Shown one piece after another: positions 1 to 9,363 of a stretch of 64,000 nucleotides of DNA; position 1 is the stretch's first letter; every line of letters begins with the position of its first letter. This DNA comes from Phenylobacterium sp. (GTDB taxonomy: Bacteria > Pseudomonadota > Alphaproteobacteria > Caulobacterales > Caulobacteraceae). A program made the position numbers and the translations under genes. The notes beneath the pieces are model-generated. The model did no database searches, was not told the DNA's origin, and saw nothing but the letters and a program-made list of their open reading frames with translations. The stretch is taken from assembly GCF_016124325.1 (NCBI RefSeq), contig NZ_WGNY01000026.1:4204-68203 (forward strand). The letters run 5' to 3'.

Positions 1-28
1 CCTCCACGTCGCCGCCGAAGTCCGCCAT
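1..28 (-). CDS. 5' end of a gene running off the left edge (MADFGGDVE...), possibly a second acyl-CoA dehydrogenase paralog
   Basis: ATG at 28..26 on the minus strand, with GAGGAGG (complement of 38..44) 9 nt upstream. The first residues MADFG equal the N-terminus of the adjacent ACAD. Only 9 codons are visible. Confidence 0.3.
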
Positions 29-89
29 CAGAAAATTCCTCCTCTAGATCCCGGATCGGCCTCGCAGGCGTCCGGGATGACGCTCCGCG

Positions 90-1307
90 TCACTTCGGGT
101 CCGGCAGGCCGAGCACGCGCTTGGCCACCACGTTGAGGTTCACTTCGCTGGTCCCGCCCTCGATCGAGTTGGCCTTGGTGCGCAGCCAGCCGCGCACGGC
201 CATGATCTCCGAGCCCTCGTAGCCCGCGCCGTCCCAGCCCAGGCCCTGGTGGCCCATGGCCTCGACCATCAGCTCGGACCGTTCCTTGGCGAACTCGGCC
301 GCGGCGTATTTGATGATCGAGGTCGTGGCCGAGGGCCCGTTGCCGGCGCGGCTCTCGGCGGCCGAGCGGGCGATGGTCTGGCGCAGCGCCTGGAAGTTCA
401 TCTTGTTCTCGGTGATGCGCCGGCGCAGGTCGGTGTCGGAGAGCCCGTCCGCATCGCCCGCGTAGCGCTTGGCGATCTCGCCAAGGTCGCCCGAGGCGCC
501 GCCCGCCGAGCCGCCGTCGCCGAAGCCGGCCGAGATGTTCTGGCGCTCGTATTGCAGGAGGCGCTTGGCGATCTCCCAGCCGCCGTTCAGCCGGCCCACC
601 AGGTTGCCCTTGGGGATCTTCACGTCGGTGAAGAAGGTCTCGCAGAACGGGCTCTCGCCGCTGATCAGCTGGATGGGCCGGGTCTCGACGCCAGGGCTCT
701 TCATGTCGATCAGCACGAACGAGATGCCCTCGTGCTTCTTGGTGGTGTCGGTGCGCACCAGGCAGAAGCACCAGTCGGCCTTGTCGGCGTAGCTCGTCCA
801 GATCTTGCTTCCGTTTATGAGCCAGTGGTCGCCCTTGTCCTCGCAGCGGGTGGCGAGACCGGCGAGGTCGGAGCCGGCGCCCGGCTCGGAATAGCCCTGG
901 CACCAGCGGATCTGGCCCTGGATGATCCTGGGCAGGTGCTCGCGCTTCTGCTCCTCGTTGGCGTATTCGAGCAGGACGGGGCCCAGCATCCAGACACCGA
1001 ACGAGGCGAGCGGCGCGCGATAGCGGCCGGCGGCCAGTTCCCGGTCCAGCACGCGGGCCTGGGCGGGCGAGAGGCCGCCGCCGCCGTATTCCCTGGGCCA
1101 GGTCGGCGCGGTCCAGCCCTTCTCGGCCATGCGCTTCATCCAGACGATCTGCGGATCGTCGGAGCCGGCGAAGGCGCGGCCGCCCCACACGGCCTCGGGA
1201 TCGGTCGCGGCCTTGGGGTCGCGCAGCTCGGCCGGATAGAGGGCCGCGAGCGCCTCGCGCACCTCCGTGGCGAAGGCGTCGAGTTCGGCGGCGCCGAAGT
1301 CGGCCAT
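90..1307 (-). CDS. acyl-CoA dehydrogenase family protein
   Basis: 405-aa ORF with ACAD-like blocks (WTAPTWPREYGGGG, CQGYSEPGAGSDLA, GSKIWTSYA, C-terminal GGTSEVNLNVVAKRVLGLP). Overlapping ORFs 28..1374(-) and 249..1439(+) are low-complexity shadows. Confidence 0.9.
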   Translation of the reverse strand: MADFGAAELDAFATEVREALAALYPAELRDPKAATDPEAVWGGRAFAGSDDPQIVWMKRMAEKGWTAPTWPREYGGGGLSPAQARVLDRELAAGRYRAPLASFGVWMLGPVLLEYANEEQKREHLPRIIQGQIRWCQGYSEPGAGSDLAGLATRCEDKGDHWLINGSKIWTSYADKADWCFCLVRTDTTKKHEGISFVLIDMKSPGVETRPIQLISGESPFCETFFTDVKIPKGNLVGRLNGGWEIAKRLLQYERQNISAGFGDGGSAGGASGDLGEIAKRYAGDADGLSDTDLRRRITENKMNFQALRQTIARSAAESRAGNGPSATTSIIKYAAAEFAKERSELMVEAMGHQGLGWDGAGYEGSEIMAVRGWLRTKANSIEGGTSEVNLNVVAKRVLGLPDPK

Positions 1308-1383
1308 GACGTTCTCCTTGTCGGGACCTTTTTCCCAAGCTTAGCGCCGGGCGGACGCAGGGCAAGCGCAACAAAACAGTTGT

Positions 1384-3090
1384 TTGAGCGCGGCGCGGCG
1401 AACCCGGCTAATAGACGCCCCGATGCGTGTCTTCCGTGACCTCCATCCCGCGGCCCTGGCCGCCGCGCCGCTGGCTGGAGCGGTGCTGACCCTGGCGGCG
1501 GGCGTGATGCTGCTGGCCTCGGCCGCCACGCCGTCGGCGCCGGAGCGCTTCGTCGAGCTCCTGAAGTTCGAGCCGGTGCTGCTGATCGAGATCGGCCACT
1601 TCCTCTCCAGCGTCCTGGGGCTGGTGCTGGTGATGCTGGCGTTCGGCCTGCGCGCGCGGCTGGACGCGGCCTGGGCGGCGACGCTGATCGTCCTGCTGGT
1701 CGCCGCCCCGCTCAGCCTGGTGAAGGGCTTCATCTGGGAGGAGACGACGGTGCTCGTCGGGCTGGCCGTGCTGCTGGCCCCGTTCCGCGCCGCCTTTCCC
1801 CGCACCGCCCGGCTGAGCCGGATGGAGGTGACGCCCGGCTGGCTGGTGTCGGCCGTGTGCCTGGTGGCCGGCGTCGGCCTTCTGGGCCTGTGGTCGTTCG
1901 AACACGCCGACTACGGCGAGCTGCCCTGGTGGCGGGTGATGGCCGACGCCGACGCCGAGCGGTCGCTGCGAGCCTGGGCCGGATCGGCGCTGGTCCTGAT
2001 CGCCTTCGGGGTCTGGCGGCTGTTCGCCTCCGCCGCGACGCCGCCGATCGTCGGCGACGAGGACCCCGACTTCGAGCGCGTCCGGACCATCCTGGCCAAT
2101 GCGGAGGTCTCGCGGCCGGGCTCGAACCTGGCGTTGCTCGGCGACAAGCGGTTCCTGTTCTCGGCGTCGGGGGAAAGTTTCCTGATGTTCGGCGTCCGGG
2201 GGCGCAGCTGGGTGGCGCTGGGCCCGCCCGTGGGCCGGCGCGACGAGCGGCTGGAGCTGCTCTGGCGGTTCCGCGAACTCGCCGATGCGCATGCCGCGCG
2301 GCCCGGCCTCTACGGCCTGGAGGCCGAGGACCTGCCCGACGTGGTCGAGCTGGGGTTCTCGATCCAGAAGCTGGGGGAGTCGGCGCTGACCCCGCTGGAG
2401 ACCTTCAGCCTCGAGGGCCGCCGCCGGGGCAACCTGCGCCGGGCGTGGCGCAAGGCCGCCGAGGAAGGCGCGACCTTCGAAGTCGTCCCCCGCGAGCGCG
2501 TGGCGCCGCTCATCTCCGAGCTGAGGGCCGTTTCGGACGACTGGCTGGCCGACCACGCCGGCGGCGAGAAGGGCTTTTCGCTGGGCGGCTTCCTGCCGCG
2601 ATATGTCCAGGAATTCCCGGTGGCGGTGGTGCGCTGGGGCGGGCGCGTGATCGCCTTCGCGACGCTATGGACCACGCCGTCGAAGGCCTCGTTCTCGATC
2701 GACCTGATGCGCTATCGCGACGAGGGCCCGCGCAACGTCATGGACTATCTCTTCGTCGAGCTGATGGAGTGGGGCCGCGCCCAGGGGTACGTCGCCTTCG
2801 ACTTCGGCATGGCCCCGCTGGCGGGCCTCGACGATCGCCCGCTGGCCCCGATCATGTCGCGCGTGGGCCGGCTGATCTTCGACCGCGGCGAGGAAATCTA
2901 CAACTTCCAGGGCGTGCGGCGGTACAAGGACAAGTACGACCCGCTCTGGCAGCCGCGCTACGTCGCCGCGCCGCACAAGTGGGCCATCCCGCGGCTGGTG
3001 GCCGATGTGGGCCTGCTGTCGTCCGGGGGCATGGCGGGCCTGGCCAAGCGCCCGAAGAAGGCCGAGGAGCCGCTGCCGCAGGCGGCCTAG
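1384..3090 (+). CDS. MprF-like aminoacyl-phosphatidylglycerol synthase domain protein (DUF2156-type), membrane-anchored
   Basis: 568 aa (alternative ATG at 1423). About 6 N-terminal hydrophobic helices, then a cytoplasmic domain with blocks I associate with lysyl-PG synthases (FLMFGVRGRSWVALGPP, KGFSLGGF, NFQGVRRYKDKYDPLWQPRY). Shorter than full-length MprF. Confidence 0.7.
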   Translation: MSAARRTRLIDAPMRVFRDLHPAALAAAPLAGAVLTLAAGVMLLASAATPSAPERFVELLKFEPVLLIEIGHFLSSVLGLVLVMLAFGLRARLDAAWAATLIVLLVAAPLSLVKGFIWEETTVLVGLAVLLAPFRAAFPRTARLSRMEVTPGWLVSAVCLVAGVGLLGLWSFEHADYGELPWWRVMADADAERSLRAWAGSALVLIAFGVWRLFASAATPPIVGDEDPDFERVRTILANAEVSRPGSNLALLGDKRFLFSASGESFLMFGVRGRSWVALGPPVGRRDERLELLWRFRELADAHAARPGLYGLEAEDLPDVVELGFSIQKLGESALTPLETFSLEGRRRGNLRRAWRKAAEEGATFEVVPRERVAPLISELRAVSDDWLADHAGGEKGFSLGGFLPRYVQEFPVAVVRWGGRVIAFATLWTTPSKASFSIDLMRYRDEGPRNVMDYLFVELMEWGRAQGYVAFDFGMAPLAGLDDRPLAPIMSRVGRLIFDRGEEIYNFQGVRRYKDKYDPLWQPRYVAAPHKWAIPRLVADVGLLSSGGMAGLAKRPKKAEEPLPQAA

Positions 3091-3290
3091 CGGTGGGGCA
3101 GCCAGCCCGACAGCCGCAGCGCCTGGAAGATCAGCAGGATCGCCACGGCCGCGCTGAGCAGCATGATGAAGCGCCAGGGGACGAGCCGCGGCCCCCGCTG
3201 GAGGTTGGGCGGACGCGCGCCCCGCCACCCGGCGACGAGCGCCAGCGCGGCCAGGCCGCCGCCCACGGCGAATAGGGTGCGGAAGTCCAT
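3087..3290 (-). CDS. small two-helix membrane protein, hypothetical
   Basis: 67 aa with two hydrophobic helices and nearly all codons ending in G/C. Its stop overlaps the MprF-like stop (CTAG at 3087..3090). Confidence 0.5.
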   Translation of the reverse strand: MDFRTLFAVGGGLAALALVAGWRGARPPNLQRGPRLVPWRFIMLLSAAVAILLIFQALRLSGWLPHR

Positions 3291-3458
3291 CCACCCGCTC
3301 TAGTCGTGGCCACCGGTTTGGCAAGCGGCATCGTCGCCGCGGCCCGGCGAAGCCGTCCACAGGAACGGCCCCCGCGACACCATATCTGGTGGTGCGGCTT
3401 CGTTTACACCCCAGGAATCGGCCGATACCGTTTCGTCTCAGGCGGAGAAGCGATTCGG

Positions 3459-5957
3459 ATGAGCGCGGGGGCGCCTTGGAGCGTTAAGGGGATCGATCCC
3501 AAGGCCCGCGAGGTCGCGAAGGATCTTGCCCGGCGCTCGGGCATGACCCTCGGCGAATGGCTGAACCGGATGATCCTCGAGGACGACCTGCCCGAGGAGG
3601 TCACCGCCGAGTCGCAACTGGGCGCGCGCCTCTACCGGCCGGCCCCCGACGCCTGGCGGCCGCGCACCGAATCCGACACCTCGCAGGACTTCGCCCGGAT
3701 CGCCGCCTCGCTCGACCGGCTGACCGACCGGATCGAATCCGCCGAGACCCGCGCCGGCCTGGCGATCAATGGCGTCGAGCATTCGGTGCGCCAGGCGCTG
3801 GCCCGGATCGACGCCACGGAGCGCGAACAGCACAGCCAGACCGCGCGGCTCGAAGGCCTGCTGTCGGAAGGATCGGCCCAGCAGAGCTATCTGGGCGAGC
3901 GGCTTCGGCGGCTGGAGGCGCAGCCGGCGGGCCCCCGATCGACCGAGGTGCTCAAGGCGCTGGAACAGCGGCTCACCCGGATCGAGCCCGAAGTGGTCGT
4001 CGAGACGGTGCTGCTGCGGCTGGGCGACCGGCTCGCCGACGCCGAGGCTCGGACCACCGCGGCGCTCAACGACCTGAAATCGGCCATGAGCGCGCTCGAC
4101 AAGCGCCTGAGCCTGGCCGAACAGGGCAGCTCGGCCGAGGCCGAGGTCAAGTTCGAGGCCCTGGCGCAGGTGCTGGGCCATCGGGTCGAGGCCCTGCGCG
4201 CGGAGGTGGCCGACAAGCTGGCGGCCTCGGCGGGACCGCAGGTGGAGAAGCGCCTGGCCGAGATGGGCGCGCACATCCGCGAGGCCGAGGAGCGGACCGC
4301 CCACGCCGTCGAGGAGATGGGCCGCAAGGTGCTCGGCATGGCCGAGGCTGTCGGCCGCAAGCTGGAGGAAGTGGACCAGCGCGGCGCCGAGGCCATCGAC
4401 CAGGTGGGCTCGGAGGTGGCGCGGATCGCCAGCGCCGTGGAGCAGCGGCTCGGCCGCGCCGAGCAGACCCAGGCCGAGGCGTTCGAACGGCTCGGGGCGG
4501 AGCTGACCCGGGTGAGCGACTCCCTCGACGGGCGCCTCACCACCTCCGAGCAGCGGGCCGCCCAGGCGCTGGAGGACCTGGGCGCGCAGGTCGAGCGGAT
4601 CCGCATGCGCGCGGCGGAGGCGCCGGCTGCGGAACCGGTCTGGCGTGCGGCGACGCCCGAGGCCGCCGCGCAGGCCGCCGAGGCCCAGCCGTTCGCGATG
4701 CCGCCGGGCGCGTCCTTCGGTCCCGACCTGGCCGCGCGCAGCGAGCCCGAGCCGCGCACCTTCGCCGAGGCGGAGGACCCGGACGCGGTCTACCCGCCCT
4801 GGCGTCGCCTGGACCTGGACGTGCCGGAGACCAAGGTCCCGGAGGGCTTCGCTCCGATCCAGGATCCCGACGAGGAGCTGTTCGCCGACAACGAGGGCGA
4901 GGGCGAGGGTGTTCGGTGGCCCGGCCCCCAGCTTTCCACCCGCGAGGTGATCGAACGCGCCCAGGCCGCCGCGCGCGCGAACGAGATCGCGCAGGGCGCG
5001 AAGGCCATGAAGAAGATGCGGGCCAAGAGCGGCAAGGGCGGCCTGTTCCGAAGCCTCACCTCGCGTCCGCGGCGGGGCAGTTCGGCGATGCAGACCGCGC
5101 TGATGGTGGCCGGCGGCGCCGCGTTCCTGAGCGTCGGCGCGGCGGGTCTGGTGCTGATGCAGGGCCCCCAGGATCAGGACCGCACCGCGGAGGTCGCCCC
5201 GATCGGCGACAACCCGCGGGCGTCGGTGGCGCTGGCGCCCGGACTGGCTTCCCCGGGCGCCGCCGCGATCCAGCCCAGCCCCGTGTTCGCCCAGGTGCGG
5301 GCCGGCGTGGAAGCCGGCGAGCCCGGCGCGCTGGGCAAGCTGAAGGCCCTGGCCGAAGCCGGCCACGCCCAGGCCCAGCTCTATCTCGCCCAGCTCTACG
5401 ACGCCGGCGAGGCTGGGCTGCCGCAGGACCCGGTGGAGGCCCGCCGCCTCACGACGCTGGCGGCCGAGAACGGCGATGTGCGCGCGATGCACAACCTGGG
5501 CGTCTACTACTTCCGCGGCGAGGGCGGCGGACAGGACCTGCCGACGGCGGTGAAGTGGTTCGAGAAGGCCGCCGCGGCCGGGGTGGTGGAGAGCCAGTAC
5601 AATCTGGGCCTCATCTACGAGTCGGGCAGCGGAGCCCCGAAGGACCTCGAAACAGCGCGGATGTGGTTCCAGCGCGCGGCCGACCGCGGCGACGCCGATG
5701 CGCGCCAGGCGCTGGCGAAGCTGTCGCCCAAGGCTCCGGCGGCGGCTCCGGCGACGCCATCGCCCGCCCCCGCAGCGACGGCGACCGCCGCGATGGGGCC
5801 CTCGATCAACGTGCGGCAGACCCAGAAGGTGCTGGCCCGGCTGGGCTATTACGACGGCCCGGCCGACGGCTATTCGAACCCGGCCTACCGGATGGCGCTC
5901 GCCGCCTACCAGCGCGACCTTGCGCCGGGCCCGCGGCCCCACGTTTCCGAGCGTTGA
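3459..5957 (+). CDS. podJ: polar organelle development / localisation factor PodJ-like protein
   Basis: ATG at 3459 preceded by GGAGAAG. N-terminus MSAGAPWSVKGIDPKAREVAKDLARRSGMTLGEWLN matches my recollection of Caulobacter PodJ. Long coiled-coil region, one TM helix (ALMVAGGAAFLSVGAAGLVLM), Sel1/TPR-like repeats (AQLYLAQLYD..., MHNLGVYYFRGEGG..., SQYNLGLIYESGSG...) and a C-terminal peptidoglycan-binding-like motif (VRQTQKVLARLGYYDGPADGY). Confidence 0.85.
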   Translation: MSAGAPWSVKGIDPKAREVAKDLARRSGMTLGEWLNRMILEDDLPEEVTAESQLGARLYRPAPDAWRPRTESDTSQDFARIAASLDRLTDRIESAETRAGLAINGVEHSVRQALARIDATEREQHSQTARLEGLLSEGSAQQSYLGERLRRLEAQPAGPRSTEVLKALEQRLTRIEPEVVVETVLLRLGDRLADAEARTTAALNDLKSAMSALDKRLSLAEQGSSAEAEVKFEALAQVLGHRVEALRAEVADKLAASAGPQVEKRLAEMGAHIREAEERTAHAVEEMGRKVLGMAEAVGRKLEEVDQRGAEAIDQVGSEVARIASAVEQRLGRAEQTQAEAFERLGAELTRVSDSLDGRLTTSEQRAAQALEDLGAQVERIRMRAAEAPAAEPVWRAATPEAAAQAAEAQPFAMPPGASFGPDLAARSEPEPRTFAEAEDPDAVYPPWRRLDLDVPETKVPEGFAPIQDPDEELFADNEGEGEGVRWPGPQLSTREVIERAQAAARANEIAQGAKAMKKMRAKSGKGGLFRSLTSRPRRGSSAMQTALMVAGGAAFLSVGAAGLVLMQGPQDQDRTAEVAPIGDNPRASVALAPGLASPGAAAIQPSPVFAQVRAGVEAGEPGALGKLKALAEAGHAQAQLYLAQLYDAGEAGLPQDPVEARRLTTLAAENGDVRAMHNLGVYYFRGEGGGQDLPTAVKWFEKAAAAGVVESQYNLGLIYESGSGAPKDLETARMWFQRAADRGDADARQALAKLSPKAPAAAPATPSPAPAATATAAMGPSINVRQTQKVLARLGYYDGPADGYSNPAYRMALAAYQRDLAPGPRPHVSER

Positions 5958-5996
5958 GGCCAGGTCCGACAGGCCTTCTCACGCCCGCGACCACCG

Positions 5997-6022
5997 CCCA
6001 TGCCCGCGGGGCATGGGATTTC
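5997..6022 (+). terminator. intrinsic terminator-like hairpin after podJ
   Basis: Perfect 9-bp stem CCCATGCCC (5997..6005) / GGGCATGGG (6009..6017) with loop GCG, followed by ATTTCGG. Confidence 0.55.
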
Positions 6023-6061
6023 GGTCTGGACCCGGCCGGACGGGGGTCGTAGGCGCGGACC

Positions 6062-6985
6062 GTGGACATCTACCTGCCCATCGCCGAGGTCGCCGTGAAC
6101 GCCCCGCTCATCGTGGCGCTGGGCGCCCTGGTGGGCTTCATCTCGGGCATGTTCGGCATCGGTGGCGGCTTCCTGATGACGCCGCTCCTGGTGTTCTTCG
6201 GTGTGCCGGCGCCGGTGGCCGTCGGGTCGATGGCCAACCACGTGGCGGCCTCGTCCATGTCGAGCGTGATCGCCTACAGCCGCCGGCGCGCCGTCGACCT
6301 GCGGATGGGCGCGGTGCTGGCGACCGGCGGGGTGATCGGGGCCTACGCCGGCGTGGAGATCTTCCGCCTGCTGCGCCTGCTGGGTCAGGCCGACCTGGTG
6401 GTGTCGGTCTCGTACCTGGTGTTCCTGAGCGTCATCGGCGGGCTGATGCTGACCGAGAGCCTGGGCGCCATCCTGCGCCGCCGCCGGGGCGAGCCGCAGC
6501 CGCCGCACCGCGACCGCCGGCCGGTGTGGCTGTACGGCCTGCCGCTGAAGATGCGGTTCCCGCGCTCTCGGCTCTACATCAGCGTGATCCCGCCGCTGTT
6601 GCTGGGCGCGTTCGTGGGCATGCTCTCGGCGATCATGGGCGTGGGCGGCGGCTTCATCCTGGTGCCGGCGATGGTCTATCTGCTTCGCATGCCGGCCGGC
6701 ATGGTGGTGGGCACCAGCCTGCTGCAGATCATCATCACCACGGCGCTCACCGGCGTGCTGCAGGCCGGGCGAAACCAGACCGTCGATATCGTGCTGGCGA
6801 CGCTGCTGCTGGTGGGCGGGGTGATGGGCGCCCAGCTCGGCGCGCGGGCCTCGGCGCGCTTCCGGGCCGAGGAGCTGCGGGCGATCCTGGCGCTGATCGT
6901 GCTGCTGGTCGGGCTGCGCATGGGCCTGGGCCTGTTCTTCCGGCCCGAGGAGCCCTTCATCCTGATGTCGGGGATGGGAGGGTGA
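6062..6985 (+). CDS. TauE/SafE (DUF81) family anion exporter-like membrane protein
   Basis: 307 aa, polytopic, with duplicated glycine-rich motifs FISGMFGIGGGFLMTPLL and LSAIMGVGGGFILVPAM. Confidence 0.85.
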   Translation: MDIYLPIAEVAVNAPLIVALGALVGFISGMFGIGGGFLMTPLLVFFGVPAPVAVGSMANHVAASSMSSVIAYSRRRAVDLRMGAVLATGGVIGAYAGVEIFRLLRLLGQADLVVSVSYLVFLSVIGGLMLTESLGAILRRRRGEPQPPHRDRRPVWLYGLPLKMRFPRSRLYISVIPPLLLGAFVGMLSAIMGVGGGFILVPAMVYLLRMPAGMVVGTSLLQIIITTALTGVLQAGRNQTVDIVLATLLLVGGVMGAQLGARASARFRAEELRAILALIVLLVGLRMGLGLFFRPEEPFILMSGMGG

Positions 6986-7803
6986 TGGCCGACCTCCCCC
7001 TGCCGCCGCACGTGGCCGAAGCGCCGCCCGCCGCCGAGGCGCCGCAGGTGCGCGCGCCCGAGGCGCCCAAGCCGATCATCTCGGCGGCGCTGACCGACGC
7101 CAATATCCAGGTGAAGTCGAACTTCCGCGGCGCGCGGATCGTGCTCTACGGCGCGGTGTTCGACGCCGCCGCCCGGCCCAGCGACGTGGTGGTGCTGGTG
7201 CGCGGCCCCGAGCAGCCGGTGCGGATCACCCGCAAGATCCAGGTGGCGGGCCTGTGGATCAACAGCCGGCCGGTGGTGTTCCGCGGCGCGCCGGGCTTCT
7301 ACCGCGCCGCCTCCAACCGCCCGCTGGCCGACATCGCCAACTTCGGAACCCTGCGCCGGCTGGGCGCCGGCATCGACCACCTGACCTTCGCCGCCCCGGC
7401 CGAGCAGCGGGTGGAGACGCGCTACGGCGTGCGCGACGTGGTCGTGAACCAGCTGGGCGCCGACTACTACGACTGGAAGAGCGCGGTGGTGCGCCTGAAG
7501 GAAGCGGCGGGTCTCTATCGCGAGGACGAGCACGGCGTCCGGTTCGTGGACCGGGGCCTGTTCCGCGCCGAGATCGCCCTGCCGGCGGGCGCGCCCACGG
7601 GCGTCTACCGGGCCGACATCATCCTCTTCCAGAACGGCAAGCCGGTGGCCCAGCGAACCCGCACCCTGACCGTGCAGAAGGTGGGCGCCGAACGGGCCCT
7701 TTACGTGTTGGCCCATGACAGGCCATGGTCCTACGGTCTGGCCTCCATGGCGTTCGCCCTGGCGGTCGGTTGGGCGGCCTCGGCGGCATTCCGGAGAGAT
7801 TGA
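6985..7803 (+). CDS. TIGR02186-like conserved alphaproteobacterial membrane-anchored protein
   Basis: The ATG at 6985 overlaps the TauE stop (TGATG, 6983..6987). 272 aa with a C-terminal TM helix (WSYGLASMAFALAVGWAASAAF). Only the last 272 codons of track ORF 5698..7803 look coding. The family name is from memory of the TauE-adjacent gene in alphaproteobacteria. Confidence 0.65.
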   Translation: MADLPLPPHVAEAPPAAEAPQVRAPEAPKPIISAALTDANIQVKSNFRGARIVLYGAVFDAAARPSDVVVLVRGPEQPVRITRKIQVAGLWINSRPVVFRGAPGFYRAASNRPLADIANFGTLRRLGAGIDHLTFAAPAEQRVETRYGVRDVVVNQLGADYYDWKSAVVRLKEAAGLYREDEHGVRFVDRGLFRAEIALPAGAPTGVYRADIILFQNGKPVAQRTRTLTVQKVGAERALYVLAHDRPWSYGLASMAFALAVGWAASAAFRRD

Positions 7804-8277
7804 TTGCTCATGGATGACGTGCGGCCTGCCCGACGGGCGGAGTCCATTCCGATCGCCCTATGGGTCATCGCGCTGACGGCGGTGGCCCCCTTCCCCGGCG
7901 CCGCCATCGTCTACTGCTACGGCCCCGCCAAGTTCGCCGCCCCTGCGCTGGGCGTATTGCTCACCTGGTCGGCGGTGGTGCTGTCGTTCCTGGGCGGCGT
8001 CCGCTGGGGCCTGGAGACGCGCGAGCCCCGGCCCCGCTGGCAGCGGCAGACCTTCTCGGCGCTCTGCGCGATGGCGGCGATGGTGGTGCTGCTGGCCCGC
8101 GACCGGGCGCCCGACACCTGGATCCTCGGCGGCTTCATCGTGGCCTTCCTGATCCAGTGGCTGTTCGACCACCAGACGCCCGACAGCCCTTCCCGCTATC
8201 CGCTGCTCTCGACGACGCTCACCGCCGCCGCCTGCATCTCGCTGTCGCTGGCCCTCGAAAGCGCCATGCACGCCTGA
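7804..8277 (+). CDS. DUF3429-like small polytopic membrane protein
   Basis: 157 aa with 4-5 hydrophobic helices. TTG at 7804 (or ATG at 7810) lies immediately after the preceding stop. Confidence 0.5.
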   Translation: MLMDDVRPARRAESIPIALWVIALTAVAPFPGAAIVYCYGPAKFAAPALGVLLTWSAVVLSFLGGVRWGLETREPRPRWQRQTFSALCAMAAMVVLLARDRAPDTWILGGFIVAFLIQWLFDHQTPDSPSRYPLLSTTLTAAACISLSLALESAMHA

Positions 8278-8340
8278 CGCCCCTTCCCCCGGCGCGCCAA
8301 GCCCCTATGTCTTAGCATCGTTAACATCGGGAGGCGGGGC

Positions 8341-9363
8341 ATGGCGGGCAAGGGAACGGTGCTGGTCACCGGCGGGTCGGGCTACATCGGCGGCTGGTGC
8401 GTGATCGGGCTCCTGAAGGAAGGCTACGCCGTGCGCACGACGGTGCGCGACCTCGCCAAGGAGCCGGCCGTCCGCGCCGCCCTGGGCAAGGCGGCCGACA
8501 CCACGAACCTCAGCTTCCACGCCGCCGACCTGATGTCGGACGCCGGATGGGACGCCGCGACCGAGGGCTGCGACTACGTCCTGCACGTGGCCTCGCCGCT
8601 GGGGGTGACCGACCCGAAGGACCCCGACGTGCTGATCCGGCCGGCCCGCGAGGGCGCCCGGCGGGCGGTGAGCGCGGCCATCAAGGCCGGGGTGAAGCGG
8701 GTGGTGCAGACCTCGTCGGTGGCCGCGACCAGCCCGATCGAAGGCGCCAGCGACTTCCTCGCCGACGAGACCGTCTGGACAGACCCCAACGCGCAAGGCG
8801 TGAGCGTCTACGCTCAGTCCAAGACCCTGGCCGAGCGGGCGGCCTGGGAGCTGATCGGCGAGGCCGGCGGCAGGACGACGCTGGCCACGGTGAACCCGAC
8901 GCTGGTGCTAGGCCCGGTGCTGAGCGGCGACTTCTCGGACTCGGTGCAGGTGGTCGAGCGCCTGCTGACCGGCCGCATGCCGGGCATGCCGCGGATGGGC
9001 TTCAACGTGGTCGACGTGCGCGACGTGGCCGACCTGCACATCCGCGCCATGACCGCACCCGAGGCGGCGGGCCAGCGCCTGATCGCGGCGAGCGGCTTCG
9101 CGTGGATGGCGGAGATGGCCGACATGCTGAAGGCCGAACTGGGCCCGGCGGCCGCCAAGGTCCCGACCCGAAAGGTCCCCGACCTGATGGTGCGCCTGGC
9201 CAGCCTGTTCGACACCGACCTGCGCTTCGTCGTTCCGCGGCTGGGCCGGCGCTACGACTTCACCTCGAAGAAGGCGCAGGAGCTGCTTGGCTGGCGGCCT
9301 CGGCCCGTGCGCGAGACGGTGATGGACTGCGCCCGCAGCCTGATCGAGGCGGGCGCCGTCTAG
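8341..9363 (+). CDS. NAD-dependent epimerase/dehydratase (extended SDR, aldehyde/cinnamoyl-CoA reductase-like)
   Basis: 340 aa with a Rossmann motif TGGSGYIGGW at the N-terminus, the YAQSK (YxxxK) catalytic motif, and GGGAGG 6 nt upstream of the ATG. Confidence 0.85.
   Translation: MAGKGTVLVTGGSGYIGGWCVIGLLKEGYAVRTTVRDLAKEPAVRAALGKAADTTNLSFHAADLMSDAGWDAATEGCDYVLHVASPLGVTDPKDPDVLIRPAREGARRAVSAAIKAGVKRVVQTSSVAATSPIEGASDFLADETVWTDPNAQGVSVYAQSKTLAERAAWELIGEAGGRTTLATVNPTLVLGPVLSGDFSDSVQVVERLLTGRMPGMPRMGFNVVDVRDVADLHIRAMTAPEAAGQRLIAASGFAWMAEMADMLKAELGPAAAKVPTRKVPDLMVRLASLFDTDLRFVVPRLGRRYDFTSKKAQELLGWRPRPVRETVMDCARSLIEAGAV

Noticed and set aside
3087-3090. Convergent genes sharing overlapping stop codons (CTAG at 3087..3090 and 9360..9363; CTAA at 41218..41221)
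   Set aside because: The overlaps are real in the sequence, but this is a common packing feature of compact high-GC genomes. They are not evidence of a special mechanism.
3438-5942. 834-aa ORF on the minus strand (plus 3557..6052 on the plus strand) overlapping podJ
   Set aside because: The translations are Arg/Gly/Pro/Ala low-complexity sequence, typical of off-frame or antisense reading of high-GC coding DNA. The podJ frame carries recognisable domains.
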